A stretch of 64,000 nucleotides of DNA from Reclinomonas americana ATCC 50394 (taxonomy: Eukaryota), in NCBI GenBank assembly GCA_048213135.1, contig PS015009.1, forward strand, positions 248,001 through 312,000. Reading direction: 5' to 3'. The position numbers and the translations under genes are program-made. Numbering within the stretch: position 1 is the first letter of the stretch; the number at the start of each line of letters is the position of its first letter. The notes under the pieces are model-generated. The model searched no databases, was not told the DNA's origin, and saw only the letters and a program-made list of their open reading frames with translations. This document shows, piece after piece, positions 46,988 to 56,927 of the stretch.

Positions 46988-48187
46988 TCAGGCTTTCACA
47001 GCGCTGATGCCGGGCAATTCCTTACCCTCAAAATATTCAAGCATGGCGCCGCCGCCGGTGCTTACATAGCTTACTTTATCAGCCAGGTTGAACTGGTTCA
47101 CCGCCGCCACACTGTCGCCGCCGCCTACCAGGCTGAAAGCGCCTTTCTGCGTAGCGTCCGCAACTGCCAGTGCCACCGATTTGGTGCCGTTCTGAAATTT
47201 TTCCATTTCAAAAACGCCCATGGGGCCGTTCCATAAAATGGTTTTTGACTTACCAATCACTTCGCTGAAGATGCCAACGGCCTTGGGGCCGATGTCGAGT
47301 CCCATCCAGCCATCAGGAATGACGTCGCTGGGTGAGGTTTGTGTATTGGCGTCAGCGGCAAATTTGTCGGCAATAACGGAGTCTTCAGGTAAATGTATGC
47401 TGACGTCTTTTTGTTTTGCTTTTTCGAGTATATCCAGCGCCGTTTGCAGGCGGTCGTCTTCACAAAGGGAGTTACCGATCTTTCCGCCACGGGCTTTCAG
47501 GAAAGTATAACTCATGCCGCCACCGATGATGATGTCGGTAGCCCTTTCGAGCAGGTTCTCAATGATGAGTATTTTATCAGAAACTTTGGCCCCGCCAATG
47601 ATGGCTGTAAATGGCCTTTCGGCGTTGTGCAGCACTTTTTCAGCGCTTTCCACTTCGCCTTCCATCAGCAGCCCGAACATGCGCTTATCTGAAGGAAAAT
47701 ACTGTGCAATCACCGCCGTGGATGCATGCGCCCTGTGGGCTGTTCCAAAAGCGTCGTTCACATATACATCGCCCAAGGCAGACAGTTTTTTGGCAAAATC
47801 AGCATCTCCTTTTTCTTCTTCCTTGTAGAAACGCAGGTTCTCCAGCAGCAGCACTTCTCCACCCCGCAGCATGGAAGCCGTCATACCCGCCTGTTCGCCA
47901 ATGCAATCATCGGCAAAAAACACTTTGGTTTCTCCGCCCAGCAGTTCGTGCAAGTGCGGCACCAGGTGTTTCAGTGAATATTTTTCCGTTGGTCCGTCTT
48001 TCGGGCGGCCGAGGTGACTCATGATAATGGCGCTGCCGCCGTCGGATAATATTTTCTTCAGCGTGGGAATGGTCGCTTTCATGCGGGTATCATCGGTAAT
48101 GTGATACTGCTCATCCAGCGGAACGTTGAAGTCTACACGGATAAGGGCTTTATGGCCTGCGAAATTGAAGTTGCTGAACTTAGACAT
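46988..48187 (-). CDS. pgk: phosphoglycerate kinase
   Basis: [39 protein letters not shown]; start set at MSKFSNF. Confidence 0.98.
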   Translation of the reverse strand: MSKFSNFNFAGHKALIRVDFNVPLDEQYHITDDTRMKATIPTLKKILSDGGSAIIMSHLGRPKDGPTEKYSLKHLVPHLHELLGGETKVFFADDCIGEQAGMTASMLRGGEVLLLENLRFYKEEEKGDADFAKKLSALGDVYVNDAFGTAHRAHASTAVIAQYFPSDKRMFGLLMEGEVESAEKVLHNAERPFTAIIGGAKVSDKILIIENLLERATDIIIGGGMSYTFLKARGGKIGNSLCEDDRLQTALDILEKAKQKDVSIHLPEDSVIADKFAADANTQTSPSDVIPDGWMGLDIGPKAVGIFSEVIGKSKTILWNGPMGVFEMEKFQNGTKSVALAVADATQKGAFSLVGGGDSVAAVNQFNLADKVSYVSTGGGAMLEYFEGKELPGISAVKA

Positions 48188-48267
48188 ATGCGCTGTTGAT
48201 GAATAAAGCGCAGGAATACAGCCGGTGCCTGCTGGCAAAACTGTAGCCCTGCGCTTATGATGAGGAA

Positions 48268-49278
48268 TTAAGCGATCAGTTTGGCGAAATGATGTACGGT
48301 ACGTACCAGTTGCGATACATAGCTCATTTCATTATCGTACCAGCTCACGGTTTTCACCATTTGCTTGTCACCCACGGTCATCACCTTGGTTTGGGTGGCA
48401 TCGAACAGGGAACCGAAGTTGATACCAATGATATCGCTGCTCACGATCTCGTCTTCTGTATAACCGAAGCTTTCATTAGATGCCGCTTTCATGGCCGCGT
48501 TGATCTCTTCGGCGGTAGTCGATTTTTCCAGGATGCTGTACAGCTCGGTTACAGAACCGGTGATGGTGGGAACACGTTGTGCGCCACCGTCCAGTTTTCC
48601 TTTCAGTTCGGGCAGTACCAGGCCGATGGCTTTGGCAGCGCCGGTGCTGTTGGGAACGATATTGGCGGCTGCCGCACGTGCCCTGCGCAGGTCACCTTTG
48701 GGGTGAGGTGCGTCCAGCGTATTCTGGTCGTTGGTATAAGCGTGGATGGTGCTCATGATACCGGTTACGATACCGAATTTATCGTTCAGCGTTTTGGCCA
48801 TCGGTGCCAGGCAGTTGGTAGTGCAGCTGGCGCAGCTGATGATGGTTTCGCTGCCGTCGAGAATATTGTGGTTCACATTGTAAACAACAGTTTTCAGATC
48901 GCCGGTGGCGGGTGCGGAAATCACTACCCTTTTGGCGCCAGCGGTGATGTGTGCCTGTGCTTTAGCGGCATCGGTAAAGAAACCGGTGCTTTCGATCACA
49001 ACATCAACATCGTGCTGACCCCATGGAATCTGGGCAGGATCTTTCTGAGCATATATTTTGATCTCGTGGCCATTAACCACGATGGCATTATCGGTGGAAG
49101 TTACATTCTGTCCGAAACGTCCCTGGGCACTGTCATATTTAAGCAGGTGGGCCAGTACAGCGGGACTGGTAAGGTCGTTGATGGCAACTACGTCGATGCC
49201 TTCCATGTTATAGATCTGGCGAAAAACTAAACGGCCAATGCGCCCGAAGCCGTTGATGGCAACTTTAACTGTACTCAT
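48268..49278 (-). CDS. gap: type I glyceraldehyde-3-phosphate dehydrogenase
   Basis: [31 protein letters not shown]; upstream TAATTTTG promoter at 49340..49347. Confidence 0.98.
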   Translation of the reverse strand: MSTVKVAINGFGRIGRLVFRQIYNMEGIDVVAINDLTSPAVLAHLLKYDSAQGRFGQNVTSTDNAIVVNGHEIKIYAQKDPAQIPWGQHDVDVVIESTGFFTDAAKAQAHITAGAKRVVISAPATGDLKTVVYNVNHNILDGSETIISCASCTTNCLAPMAKTLNDKFGIVTGIMSTIHAYTNDQNTLDAPHPKGDLRRARAAAANIVPNSTGAAKAIGLVLPELKGKLDGGAQRVPTITGSVTELYSILEKSTTAEEINAAMKAASNESFGYTEDEIVSSDIIGINFGSLFDATQTKVMTVGDKQMVKTVSWYDNEMSYVSQLVRTVHHFAKLIA

Positions 49279-49387
49279 GACAATCAGGTTTTAGAAGATG
49301 ATAAAAATGCGTTCCGCATACGTTCCCGGAACGGCGGGGCAAAATTACGTTAAGTGCAACATATTACGGGAAGAATATTTTGTCATT

Positions 49388-49417
49388 AAAAAGGTCCCGG
49401 CCAAAAAGCCGGGACCT
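49388..49417 (-). terminator. terminator after tyrosinase
   Basis: Minus strand AGGTCCCGGC-tttttg-GCCGGGACCTTTTT. Confidence 0.8.
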
Positions 49418-49448
49418 GTATTTATTTTCAAAAGAAAGCCGGAAATGG

Positions 49449-50918
49449 TTAGAAATCCCTCGTTTCCAGGGTAAAATTCCTGATGGTTATCTCGTTGGCA
49501 CCCGGGCCTCGTTTTTCGATGAATACATTCAGTTTGCCGGCGATATTCTTCGCGTCCACCTCATCGCTGACATCAAATTTGAAGGTCTTGAAATATTCCG
49601 GTGCCGCCTTCTGCATGGACATGGCCCCGAAGAAGGTCATGGTGCCTGCCAGTTTAGCCGCGCTGCTCTTATCGGTATCGATATATACATCATAATCCGA
49701 CCTCGGTTGCTGGGTGAAGGATACCGTTACCTGCAGTATGGTCACTTTCCTGCTGAGGTCCTGTGTTTTCAGCAACGCCACTTTATTGGCAGCCGGCAGC
49801 TGAACAGTGAGCAGTTGTTTGCTGGTACGGATAGGTACTTTCTGGTCGCTGGAAAATATCTCCTGCCTGTTTTCTGCTACCGGTTTTTTAGCGTCGGTCA
49901 TTTTCAGCAGTTTGGCAGGGAGCACATCATAGCGGTAATCCAGGCTGAAGGCTTTTTCCAGCGCCTGTGGTATGGTGTATTCTACTTTCCTGCCATCGGC
50001 ATCAAAGAACACGTATGCCCAGGGATAAGTGAGCAGGCTGTCGAGGATGGGCCTGGAGCCATTGGGACTCATATCCCATTTTTGCCAGAGGTAATCGATG
50101 TTGGCGTGGTGCACCCAGAAGATAGGATCGAACGCCGCCGATTCCACCTGTGCCATCAGGCCGTAGTTAGGCCCCTGGTAGATCCTGTTCCAGAGAGCGG
50201 AGTCATCGGCGTAACCGCCACCGATATAGTTATGCATAGCGCCATGCGGGGCCGCGTCAATGGCAGCATCAAAAAGTGAATAGAGTTTGTTTTCATTGTC
50301 GTTGGTCATGTCCAGGTTGTTATTCATGAATGACTCTATCCTGGCGCCGTTGTTCAATGAAGCCAGCCTTGCCGATTCATACAGGGAATCATTTTTGTCG
50401 CGGAAGATGGCAGGCATGATCCTGTATGCTGTATCGGTATAATCCCAGTAAGGCAGGGTAAAGTCTTTTTTACCCGACTGTTTCCTGATGATCTGTTCAA
50501 AATGCCAGATGTACAACCTGTGCCAGATGAGGAAATGCAGTTCTGAAAAACCGTCCGGATCGTGGGTGCAGTTCATCCAGGCCGGTTTCATGTCCTTCAT
50601 GGAAGTATAGGAAGGGCAATAGGGATTGCCATTGGCCACCTGGTCGGGAACGGAATGGATGGCGCCCTGGTAATACCAGCTGTAGGTGGTGTCGCAGGGG
50701 AACTGCTTCATTTTTTTCAGTGCATCAGCCATCGCTTTCATGTTGGCCTGCCCTTCGGGGGAATTGGCATTGTAACGGATGTACGTGGTAGTGTCTGTTC
50801 CGTTATCGGCGGGCTTGTCACCCGGCTTACTGTCGCCGCTGTTGCAGGCGGCGAAGAACAACAGCAGTGAAAAGAACAGTACGGTGCCTTTTACTGCGTG
50901 ATGGATTTGTTTACGCAT
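49449..50918 (-). CDS. tyrosinase/polyphenol oxidase family lipoprotein
   Basis: Lipobox FAAC; CuA IH...CTH...HFLIWHRLY, LPYWD; CuB PHGAMH...AAFDPIFWVHHANID. Confidence 0.92.
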   Translation of the reverse strand: MRKQIHHAVKGTVLFFSLLLFFAACNSGDSKPGDKPADNGTDTTTYIRYNANSPEGQANMKAMADALKKMKQFPCDTTYSWYYQGAIHSVPDQVANGNPYCPSYTSMKDMKPAWMNCTHDPDGFSELHFLIWHRLYIWHFEQIIRKQSGKKDFTLPYWDYTDTAYRIMPAIFRDKNDSLYESARLASLNNGARIESFMNNNLDMTNDNENKLYSLFDAAIDAAPHGAMHNYIGGGYADDSALWNRIYQGPNYGLMAQVESAAFDPIFWVHHANIDYLWQKWDMSPNGSRPILDSLLTYPWAYVFFDADGRKVEYTIPQALEKAFSLDYRYDVLPAKLLKMTDAKKPVAENRQEIFSSDQKVPIRTSKQLLTVQLPAANKVALLKTQDLSRKVTILQVTVSFTQQPRSDYDVYIDTDKSSAAKLAGTMTFFGAMSMQKAAPEYFKTFKFDVSDEVDAKNIAGKLNVFIEKRGPGANEITIRNFTLETRDF

Positions 50919-50963
50919 AGTCAGTGGTTGTTTTATGGTTTAGGTTTTTGTGATCGATGTTGT

Positions 50964-51179
50964 TTATTCTTTCTTTGCCGATGTTTTTACGGCAGGTAAG
51001 GCTGTATCGCGGTCAATGCTGGTCATTCTTTCGGGATACCTGCAGGTGATGATGTCTTTTTTGATCTCTTTTTTAACTACCAGGGGCTCTTTGTGCGGCG
51101 TGTTACGCGTACATGAAGCTATTCCCCCATACAGGCAAAACAGCAGGCAGAGAAAGGAACGGGATTGGGGGTACTGCAT
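50964..51179 (-). CDS. small putative lipoprotein
   Basis: Hydrophobic stretch ending in IASC; co-oriented 45 nt upstream of the tyrosinase. Confidence 0.5.
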   Translation of the reverse strand: MQYPQSRSFLCLLFCLYGGIASCTRNTPHKEPLVVKKEIKKDIITCRYPERMTSIDRDTALPAVKTSAKKE

Positions 51180-51299
51180 AAGGGTTAACGAAAAAGATGA
51201 TCAGGCAGGTAAAATAGGCGGCTTTCAGCACCGGTTTACACGTATTTCTACTGGTCTTAAGCCGTCTTCCCTTTTTTACAGGATGGAATCTCTAAAATA

Positions 51300-51331
51300 T
51301 TTGGCTGTAAAAGCTGTTCATATTATCTTTG
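51300..51331 (+). promoter_or_regulatory. tRNA-Glu promoter
   Basis: TTTG-N20-TATCTTTG. Confidence 0.8.
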
Positions 51332-51349
51332 CCGTCCCTTAGCGGAAAT

Positions 51350-51421
51350 GCCGCGTTGGTCAAGGGGTTAAGACGCCTCCCTTTCACGGAGGAATCACGG
51401 GTTCGAATCCCGTACGTGGTA
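51350..51421 (+). tRNA. tRNA-Glu(TTC)
   Basis: GCCGCGTTGGTCAAGGGGTTAAGACGCCTCCCTTTCACGGAGGAATCACGGGTTCGAATCCCGTACGTGGTA cloverleaf. Confidence 0.96.
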
Positions 51422-51426
51422 CAAAA

Positions 51427-51455
51427 GAAGCCTTTCAGCAATGAAAGGCTTTTTT
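51427..51455 (+). terminator. terminator after tRNA-Glu
   Basis: AAGCCTTTCA-gcaa-TGAAAGGCTTTTTT. Confidence 0.85.
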
Positions 51456-51459
51456 GTTT

Positions 51460-51736
51460 GCCGTTGCCTGGTGTCCTGACCAGCAACGATTGGCCCTGGT
51501 AAAAGTTAAGCTCCGTAAATGTCCTTTCGGCCCCGCTGGTCAGAGACCATGCAGAGGCGCACACTGATCTCCGCTGGTCGGAGACCATGCGGAGGCGCAC
51601 AGCTTCATTTTGGCAGTTGCCTGGTCGGTTGCAGAATGCCGTTGCCTGGTCTCCCGACCAGCAACGATTGACAAGAGTAACTAGCGGAGACATACACCTG
51701 ATCTCCGCTGGTCGGACGCCAGGCGGAGGCATACAC
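51460..51736. repeat. REP/BIME-like cluster of ~30-bp palindromic units
   Basis: GCCGTTGCCTGGT.TCC.GACCAGCAACGATTG at 51460 and 51638; opposite-orientation CCGCTGGTC.GA..CCA.GC.GAGGC at about 51532, 51569 and 51703. Confidence 0.8.
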
Positions 51737-51796
51737 CCAACAAAAACCCCGTCACTTTCGCAACGGGGCCATTCATCATTACGCTCATTTCACACA

Positions 51797-52384
51797 CTAT
51801 TTTGCCGGATCGAATTTCTTAAAGATCGACCTAACATTTTTATCTATTTCCTTGCTGGTAATATTCCCATGGTCGAGTTCATCGGTAGCCCATCCCTGGA
51901 ATACCATTTTATCGGTTTTGTTGTCGATCATGGTGATGGTTACGGTCCCTTCCTTAACGATGGTGCTGTAACTGTCGTAGCCCATAAACTGCGAAGGATA
52001 ATAGAAAGTGCTGTACCTGCCGGTGTAACGGTTGTAGTAGCTGCGGGTAAAAGGTTGTGAATACACAGGATCACGCTGCTCACGCTGGTTCTTTTCCACC
52101 AGTAATTCATAGTTCACCAGCACATCAGGATTCCTGTTATCGGGCCTCCACCCGCTCTTTTGCAATTGCTTGTCGACGGAATTACGGATGTTCTGTTCCG
52201 TCATCTCGTTTCTCCGGGCATTTTTTCCTTTGGCTTTGGGCTTCTCCACCCAGGCATAAGTCCTGTAACTGCTGAAATCAGCCGACTTGTCCTTTTCCAC
52301 ATGAGCGCTGCTGGCACAGCCCGTTAAGGCCATGGCCGCGCCAATGGATAATGCACCCAGCCAGTTGAATGCTTTACTTGACAT
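51797..52384 (-). CDS. DUF4136 family lipoprotein
   Basis: Lipobox LTGC, DFSSYRTYAW, EGTV.I.MID.K..KMV.QG. Confidence 0.85.
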   Translation of the reverse strand: MSSKAFNWLGALSIGAAMALTGCASSAHVEKDKSADFSSYRTYAWVEKPKAKGKNARRNEMTEQNIRNSVDKQLQKSGWRPDNRNPDVLVNYELLVEKNQREQRDPVYSQPFTRSYYNRYTGRYSTFYYPSQFMGYDSYSTIVKEGTVTITMIDNKTDKMVFQGWATDELDHGNITSKEIDKNVRSIFKKFDPAK

Positions 52385-52658
52385 AAATACTCCTTTTTTT
52401 TATGTGGTTTGATCAATTCAAATACAGGAGATTAGACGCAAAAAATATGCGGAAGTAGTTGGCGGGAATGTGAAAGTTTTGATAATATGATGGGTGCGGG
52501 TGTGCGAATTTGCAGAGGTGAGGATGGGTGGATGGATGAATATGCGGATGTGAAGATGGCGGGTGTGCATGCCAGTAATTCATGAATTTTCTCATCCGCA
52601 TATTCGCACATTCACGCATTCGCCCATTTTTAAATTATCTTTAGCAAAAACCTTGCGT

Positions 52659-53558
52659 ATGAACTTTTCCTGGACGGGTGTATTCCCGGCACTGACCACT
52701 AAATTCACAGATACCGATGAACTGGATCTGCCTTTATTTGAAAAGAACCTGCAGGCACAACTCGCCGCTGGTGTAAACGGCATCATACTGGGCGGCACCC
52801 TGGGTGAAGCCAGCGTACTGACTACAGCCGAAAAAGAAAGACTGGTAAAATTCGCCATTCAAAAATGCGAAGGCCGCGTGCCGGTGATCCTCAATATCGC
52901 CGAAGGTTCAACACGCGAAGCGCTGCATCAGGCTGAATATGCTAAAGCCTGGGGCGCCGCCGGGCTGATGGTATTGCCTCCCATGCGCTATAAAAGCGAT
53001 CACCGCGAAACTGTGGCCTGGTTTACTACCATTGCCCGGTCAACCGATCTGCCCATGATGATCTACAACAACCCGGTTGATTATAAAACGGAAGTCACAC
53101 TTGATATGTTCGCCGAGATTGCGGAATGTGCCAACTTCGGCGCTATTAAAGAAAGTACAAGGGATGTGACCAATGTAACCCGGCTGAAAAACCGTTTCGG
53201 GGACCGGATAAAAATATTGTGCGGGGTAGATACCCTGGCTATGGAAGAACTGTGTCTTGGCGCTGATGGCTGGGTGGCCGGATTGGTATGCGCATTCCCT
53301 GCAGAAACGGTAGCCATATTCAAACTGGTGAAAGAAGGAAAGATCGCGGAGGCTACGAAGATCTACCGCTGGTTCATGCCCCTGCTGGAACTGGACATCC
53401 ATGCCAAGTTGGTACAATACATCAAACTCGCGGAAGCACAAGCGGGTATCGGTTCTGAAAATGTACGTGCCCCAAGGCTGCCATTGATCGGTGAAGAAAG
53501 AACTGCTATTTTGAAGATCATTGACCAGGGTATAGCAGATCGGCCAAAGTTAATGTGA
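52659..53558 (+). CDS. DapA-family enzyme; probable delta1-pyrroline-4-hydroxy-2-carboxylate deaminase
   Basis: GVFPA, GTLGEAS, LPPMRY, YNNP, AIKES (Schiff-base Lys); hydroxyproline cluster context; start set at 52659. Confidence 0.85.
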   Translation: MNFSWTGVFPALTTKFTDTDELDLPLFEKNLQAQLAAGVNGIILGGTLGEASVLTTAEKERLVKFAIQKCEGRVPVILNIAEGSTREALHQAEYAKAWGAAGLMVLPPMRYKSDHRETVAWFTTIARSTDLPMMIYNNPVDYKTEVTLDMFAEIAECANFGAIKESTRDVTNVTRLKNRFGDRIKILCGVDTLAMEELCLGADGWVAGLVCAFPAETVAIFKLVKEGKIAEATKIYRWFMPLLELDIHAKLVQYIKLAEAQAGIGSENVRAPRLPLIGEERTAILKIIDQGIADRPKLM

Positions 53559-53703
53559 TGATATGATAATGTGATAATATGCCAATATGATGATGTAATA
53601 ATTTTTTAAACCTATTACTGATTGCTTTTCTGCCGGCATGATTTGAATTGGGCGGATTCGTAATTCGTAATTAGTAATTCGTAATTAGTAATTCGTAATT
53701 AAA

Positions 53704-55185
53704 ATGCTCTTAGATACCCCACTCTCCGAAATCGACGCCATCCTGCAACAGGCCTGGATAGCTTTTCATTCCTATCGCAAACTATCACTTCAACAAAGAG
53801 CAGATTTCATGCGAACAATCGCTGAAGAAATGGAAAATGCAGGCGATGTACTGATACAAACCGCGATGCAGGAAACGAATCTCCCGGAAGCGAGACTAAG
53901 AAATGAGAGAGCAAGAACGATGTTTCAGCTCACCAGCTATGCCGATGCCTGCGAAAAAGGCGACTGGCTGGAAGCCCGCATCGATACGGCCATACCGGCC
54001 AAGAACCCGCCCAAACCCGACCTGCGTAAAATGCTGGTGCCGCTGGGTCCTGTGGTGGTTTTTGGCGCCAGTAATTTTCCATTCGCTTATTCCACTGCAG
54101 GAGGAGATACTGCCTGTGCTTTCGCGGCAGGTTGTCCGGTTATTGTAAAAGCTCACCCTGCTCATGCGGAAACATCCGAGATCGTTGCACAAGCCATCCT
54201 GAAAGCTGTCGAACGCTGTAATATGCCCAAAGGCATTTTTGCACATGTACACGGCGCGGGAACAGATACCGGCAAAGCACTGGTAATGCATCCCCGGACG
54301 AAGGCGGTTGGTTTTACCGGTTCTTATGCCGGCGGCAAACAACTGTTCGACTGGGGCAACCAGCGCAAAGAACCCATACCGGTATTCGCGGAAATGGGCA
54401 GCATCAATCCTATCTATTTACTCCCCGGCAAACTGTCTGAAGACCCGGCTGCCATTGCTCGTTCCTGTGCAGCTTCCATTACACTGGGTGTAGGCCAGTT
54501 TTGCACCAACCCGGGGTTGATCATTGGCGTGGAAAGTCCGGCCCTGCAGCAATTCACCGATACGCTCCAAACAGAGATAACACCTGTTGCCGCTGCAAAA
54601 ATGCTGCACCCGGGCATTGCAAAAGCTTATGCGGAAAAAAAACAAACAGCTTTGCAGCAACCACATGTTAATACTATTATCGACAACAATAATAACGCGG
54701 ATGGCATCAGCGCTGCACCCGCCATCGCTTCAGTAACCGGCAGCGAATTCCTCACCAACCCGGTACTGCACCAGGAAGTGTTTGGCCCCTACTCCCTCAT
54801 CGTTCGTTGCAGTGATATGCAACAGGTGAAAGACATCGCGGAACATATAGAAGGCCAGCTCACCTCCACGCTGATGGCTACAGATGAAGATGTTCTTCAG
54901 CATAAAGAACTGGTGGAAGCCATTCAGAATACCTGCGGCCGTGTTATTATGAACGGTGTACCCACAGGCGTGGAAGTATGTTTAAGCATGCAGCACGGCG
55001 GGCCCTTCCCTGCCACTACCGACGCAAGGTTTACTTCTGTTGGCGCCGATGGCATCAAAAGATTCGCAAGACCTGTAGCCTTCCAGAACTGGAGTAATGA
55101 CCTGCTGCCCGATGAATTGAAGAACGGCAACCCGTTACAGATCTGGCGCACGGTCAATAATGAACTTTCCAAATCAGCCATATGA
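53704..55185 (+). CDS. NADP+ aldehyde dehydrogenase; probable alpha-ketoglutaric semialdehyde dehydrogenase
   Basis: VFGASNFPFAYSTAGGD, KAHPAH, FTGS, EMGSINP, GQFCTNPG, EVFGP, HGGPFPATTD. Confidence 0.88.
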   Translation: MLLDTPLSEIDAILQQAWIAFHSYRKLSLQQRADFMRTIAEEMENAGDVLIQTAMQETNLPEARLRNERARTMFQLTSYADACEKGDWLEARIDTAIPAKNPPKPDLRKMLVPLGPVVVFGASNFPFAYSTAGGDTACAFAAGCPVIVKAHPAHAETSEIVAQAILKAVERCNMPKGIFAHVHGAGTDTGKALVMHPRTKAVGFTGSYAGGKQLFDWGNQRKEPIPVFAEMGSINPIYLLPGKLSEDPAAIARSCAASITLGVGQFCTNPGLIIGVESPALQQFTDTLQTEITPVAAAKMLHPGIAKAYAEKKQTALQQPHVNTIIDNNNNADGISAAPAIASVTGSEFLTNPVLHQEVFGPYSLIVRCSDMQQVKDIAEHIEGQLTSTLMATDEDVLQHKELVEAIQNTCGRVIMNGVPTGVEVCLSMQHGGPFPATTDARFTSVGADGIKRFARPVAFQNWSNDLLPDELKNGNPLQIWRTVNNELSKSAI

Positions 55186-56927
55186 GAAAATGGATCTGTT
55201 TGCTTTATTGCAGCCTGCTGCTCGGTAACACTTCGTCTGCACAACAACCAACACCCAAAATGGACAGCAGCATCATCCGTGCACTGCGCTCCATGGATGA
55301 TTTCCGCAAACAGGAATGGAGAGCTGACAGTGCCGCGGGGCGCAGCTTCGGGTCCAATACAAAAACAGATATTAGCAGGCGCAACGATTTTTATACCACG
55401 CTCTACCGCCAGCTGACCGCGATAGACACGTCCCGTCTTTCTTTTGACGACCGCATCAATGTGGAACTGCTAAAGTATGATGTAGAAGAAGACCTTTCGT
55501 CTTATCGTTATAAGATGTACCTCAACCCGATATTGTCTGACGAAGGTTTTCACACGGGCCTCGCCGGTATGGGCAATGAAACACCATCAACAGTGAAGGA
55601 TTGTGAGCAATATATCCGCCGGTTAAAAGATATGCCCCGCTATGTATCAGAACAACTGGCCCTCATGCGGGAAGGCCTGAGCCTGGGTATTTGTCAGCCT
55701 AAAGCCATTTTGAACGGTTACGAGAATACCTATACCCGTCATATTGTCGACTCTCCCGAAAAAAGTATTTTCTACAAACCTTTCCTTAAAAAACCTTTCA
55801 CCATCAGTGATACGGCGTGGCAGCGGCTTACGGCCACAGCTCAACAGGTGGTTATGCAGGATGCTGTTGGCGCTTTCCGGCAGATCAAAATATTTTTCGA
55901 TACAGAATACCTTCCGAAAACACGCACCACACTTGGCGCTTCCCATTTCCCCGATGGGCTGGCTTTTTACCAGGACAGAACCCATCACTACACCACTACC
56001 GATCTCAGTTATGACTCCATCTACCGGTTAGGTATAAACGAAGTGGAACGCATCGACCGGGAAATGCAGGAGGTGATGAATGAAGTTCAGTTCAAAGGCA
56101 GTTTCCAGGCGTTTATCAATTACCTGCGCACCGAACCGCGGTTTTATGCCCCTACGCCTGAACAGTTGCTTAAAGAGGCCTCTTACATTGCCAAGCAGGC
56201 CGATGGCATGCTGCCGGCATTCTTTGGCAGGTTGCCCCGTCAACCTTATGGTGTGGAAGCCGTTCCCGCTCACCTGGCGCCTACTTATACCGCCGGGCGC
56301 TATGCAGGCGCTTCCATCTACAGCAAAAGAGCCGGGCATTACTGGGTGAATACCTACGACCTCAAAAGCAGGCCGCTCTATGCCCTGGAGGCCCTTACCA
56401 TGCATGAGGCTGTGCCGGGCCATCATTTGCAGATCGCGTTGACACAGGAACTGGAGAACCTGCCCGCTTTCCGTCGTAATTTATATGTGAATGCTTTTGG
56501 TGAAGGCTGGGGCCTGTATGCGGAATACCTGGGCACCGAGATGGGTTTTTATAAAGACCCTTACTCCCGTTTTGGCAAACTGACTTACGAGATGTGGCGG
56601 GCTTGCCGGCTGGTGATTGATGTGGGTTTGCATAGCCGTGACTGGACGAGGCAACAGGCGGTGGATTACCTGGCGCAGCATACCGCTCTTTCGCTGCACG
56701 AGGTGAATACCGAAGTGAACCGTTACATTTCCTGGCCCGGGCAGGCACTGGCTTATAAGATGGGGGAGCTTAAAATAAGAGAGCTGAGAAAAAGAGCGGA
56801 ACAACAATTGAAAGACCGCTTCGACATCAGGGCCTTTCATGACATGATACTTTCCCAGGGCACCGTAACCCTTGCCATACTTGATATGATGACCGATCGT
56901 TTTATCGCTGAAAAACTGAAGAAATAA
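55182..56927 (+). CDS. DUF885 family secreted protein (putative metallopeptidase)
   Basis: Signal peptide; HEAVPGHHLQ, EGWGLYAE, RACRLVIDVGLH, RYISWPGQALAYK. Confidence 0.9.
   Translation: MRKWICLLYCSLLLGNTSSAQQPTPKMDSSIIRALRSMDDFRKQEWRADSAAGRSFGSNTKTDISRRNDFYTTLYRQLTAIDTSRLSFDDRINVELLKYDVEEDLSSYRYKMYLNPILSDEGFHTGLAGMGNETPSTVKDCEQYIRRLKDMPRYVSEQLALMREGLSLGICQPKAILNGYENTYTRHIVDSPEKSIFYKPFLKKPFTISDTAWQRLTATAQQVVMQDAVGAFRQIKIFFDTEYLPKTRTTLGASHFPDGLAFYQDRTHHYTTTDLSYDSIYRLGINEVERIDREMQEVMNEVQFKGSFQAFINYLRTEPRFYAPTPEQLLKEASYIAKQADGMLPAFFGRLPRQPYGVEAVPAHLAPTYTAGRYAGASIYSKRAGHYWVNTYDLKSRPLYALEALTMHEAVPGHHLQIALTQELENLPAFRRNLYVNAFGEGWGLYAEYLGTEMGFYKDPYSRFGKLTYEMWRACRLVIDVGLHSRDWTRQQAVDYLAQHTALSLHEVNTEVNRYISWPGQALAYKMGELKIRELRKRAEQQLKDRFDIRAFHDMILSQGTVTLAILDMMTDRFIAEKLKK

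Noticed and set aside
51460..51736. CRISPR array or att site of a tRNA-integrated island
   Set aside because: Units alternate orientation with irregular spacing, there are no cas or integrase genes, and I saw no duplicated tRNA 3' end.
52659..53558. True dapA of lysine biosynthesis
   Set aside because: GTLGE/LPPMRY motifs and the hydroxyproline cluster context favour the deaminase subfamily.
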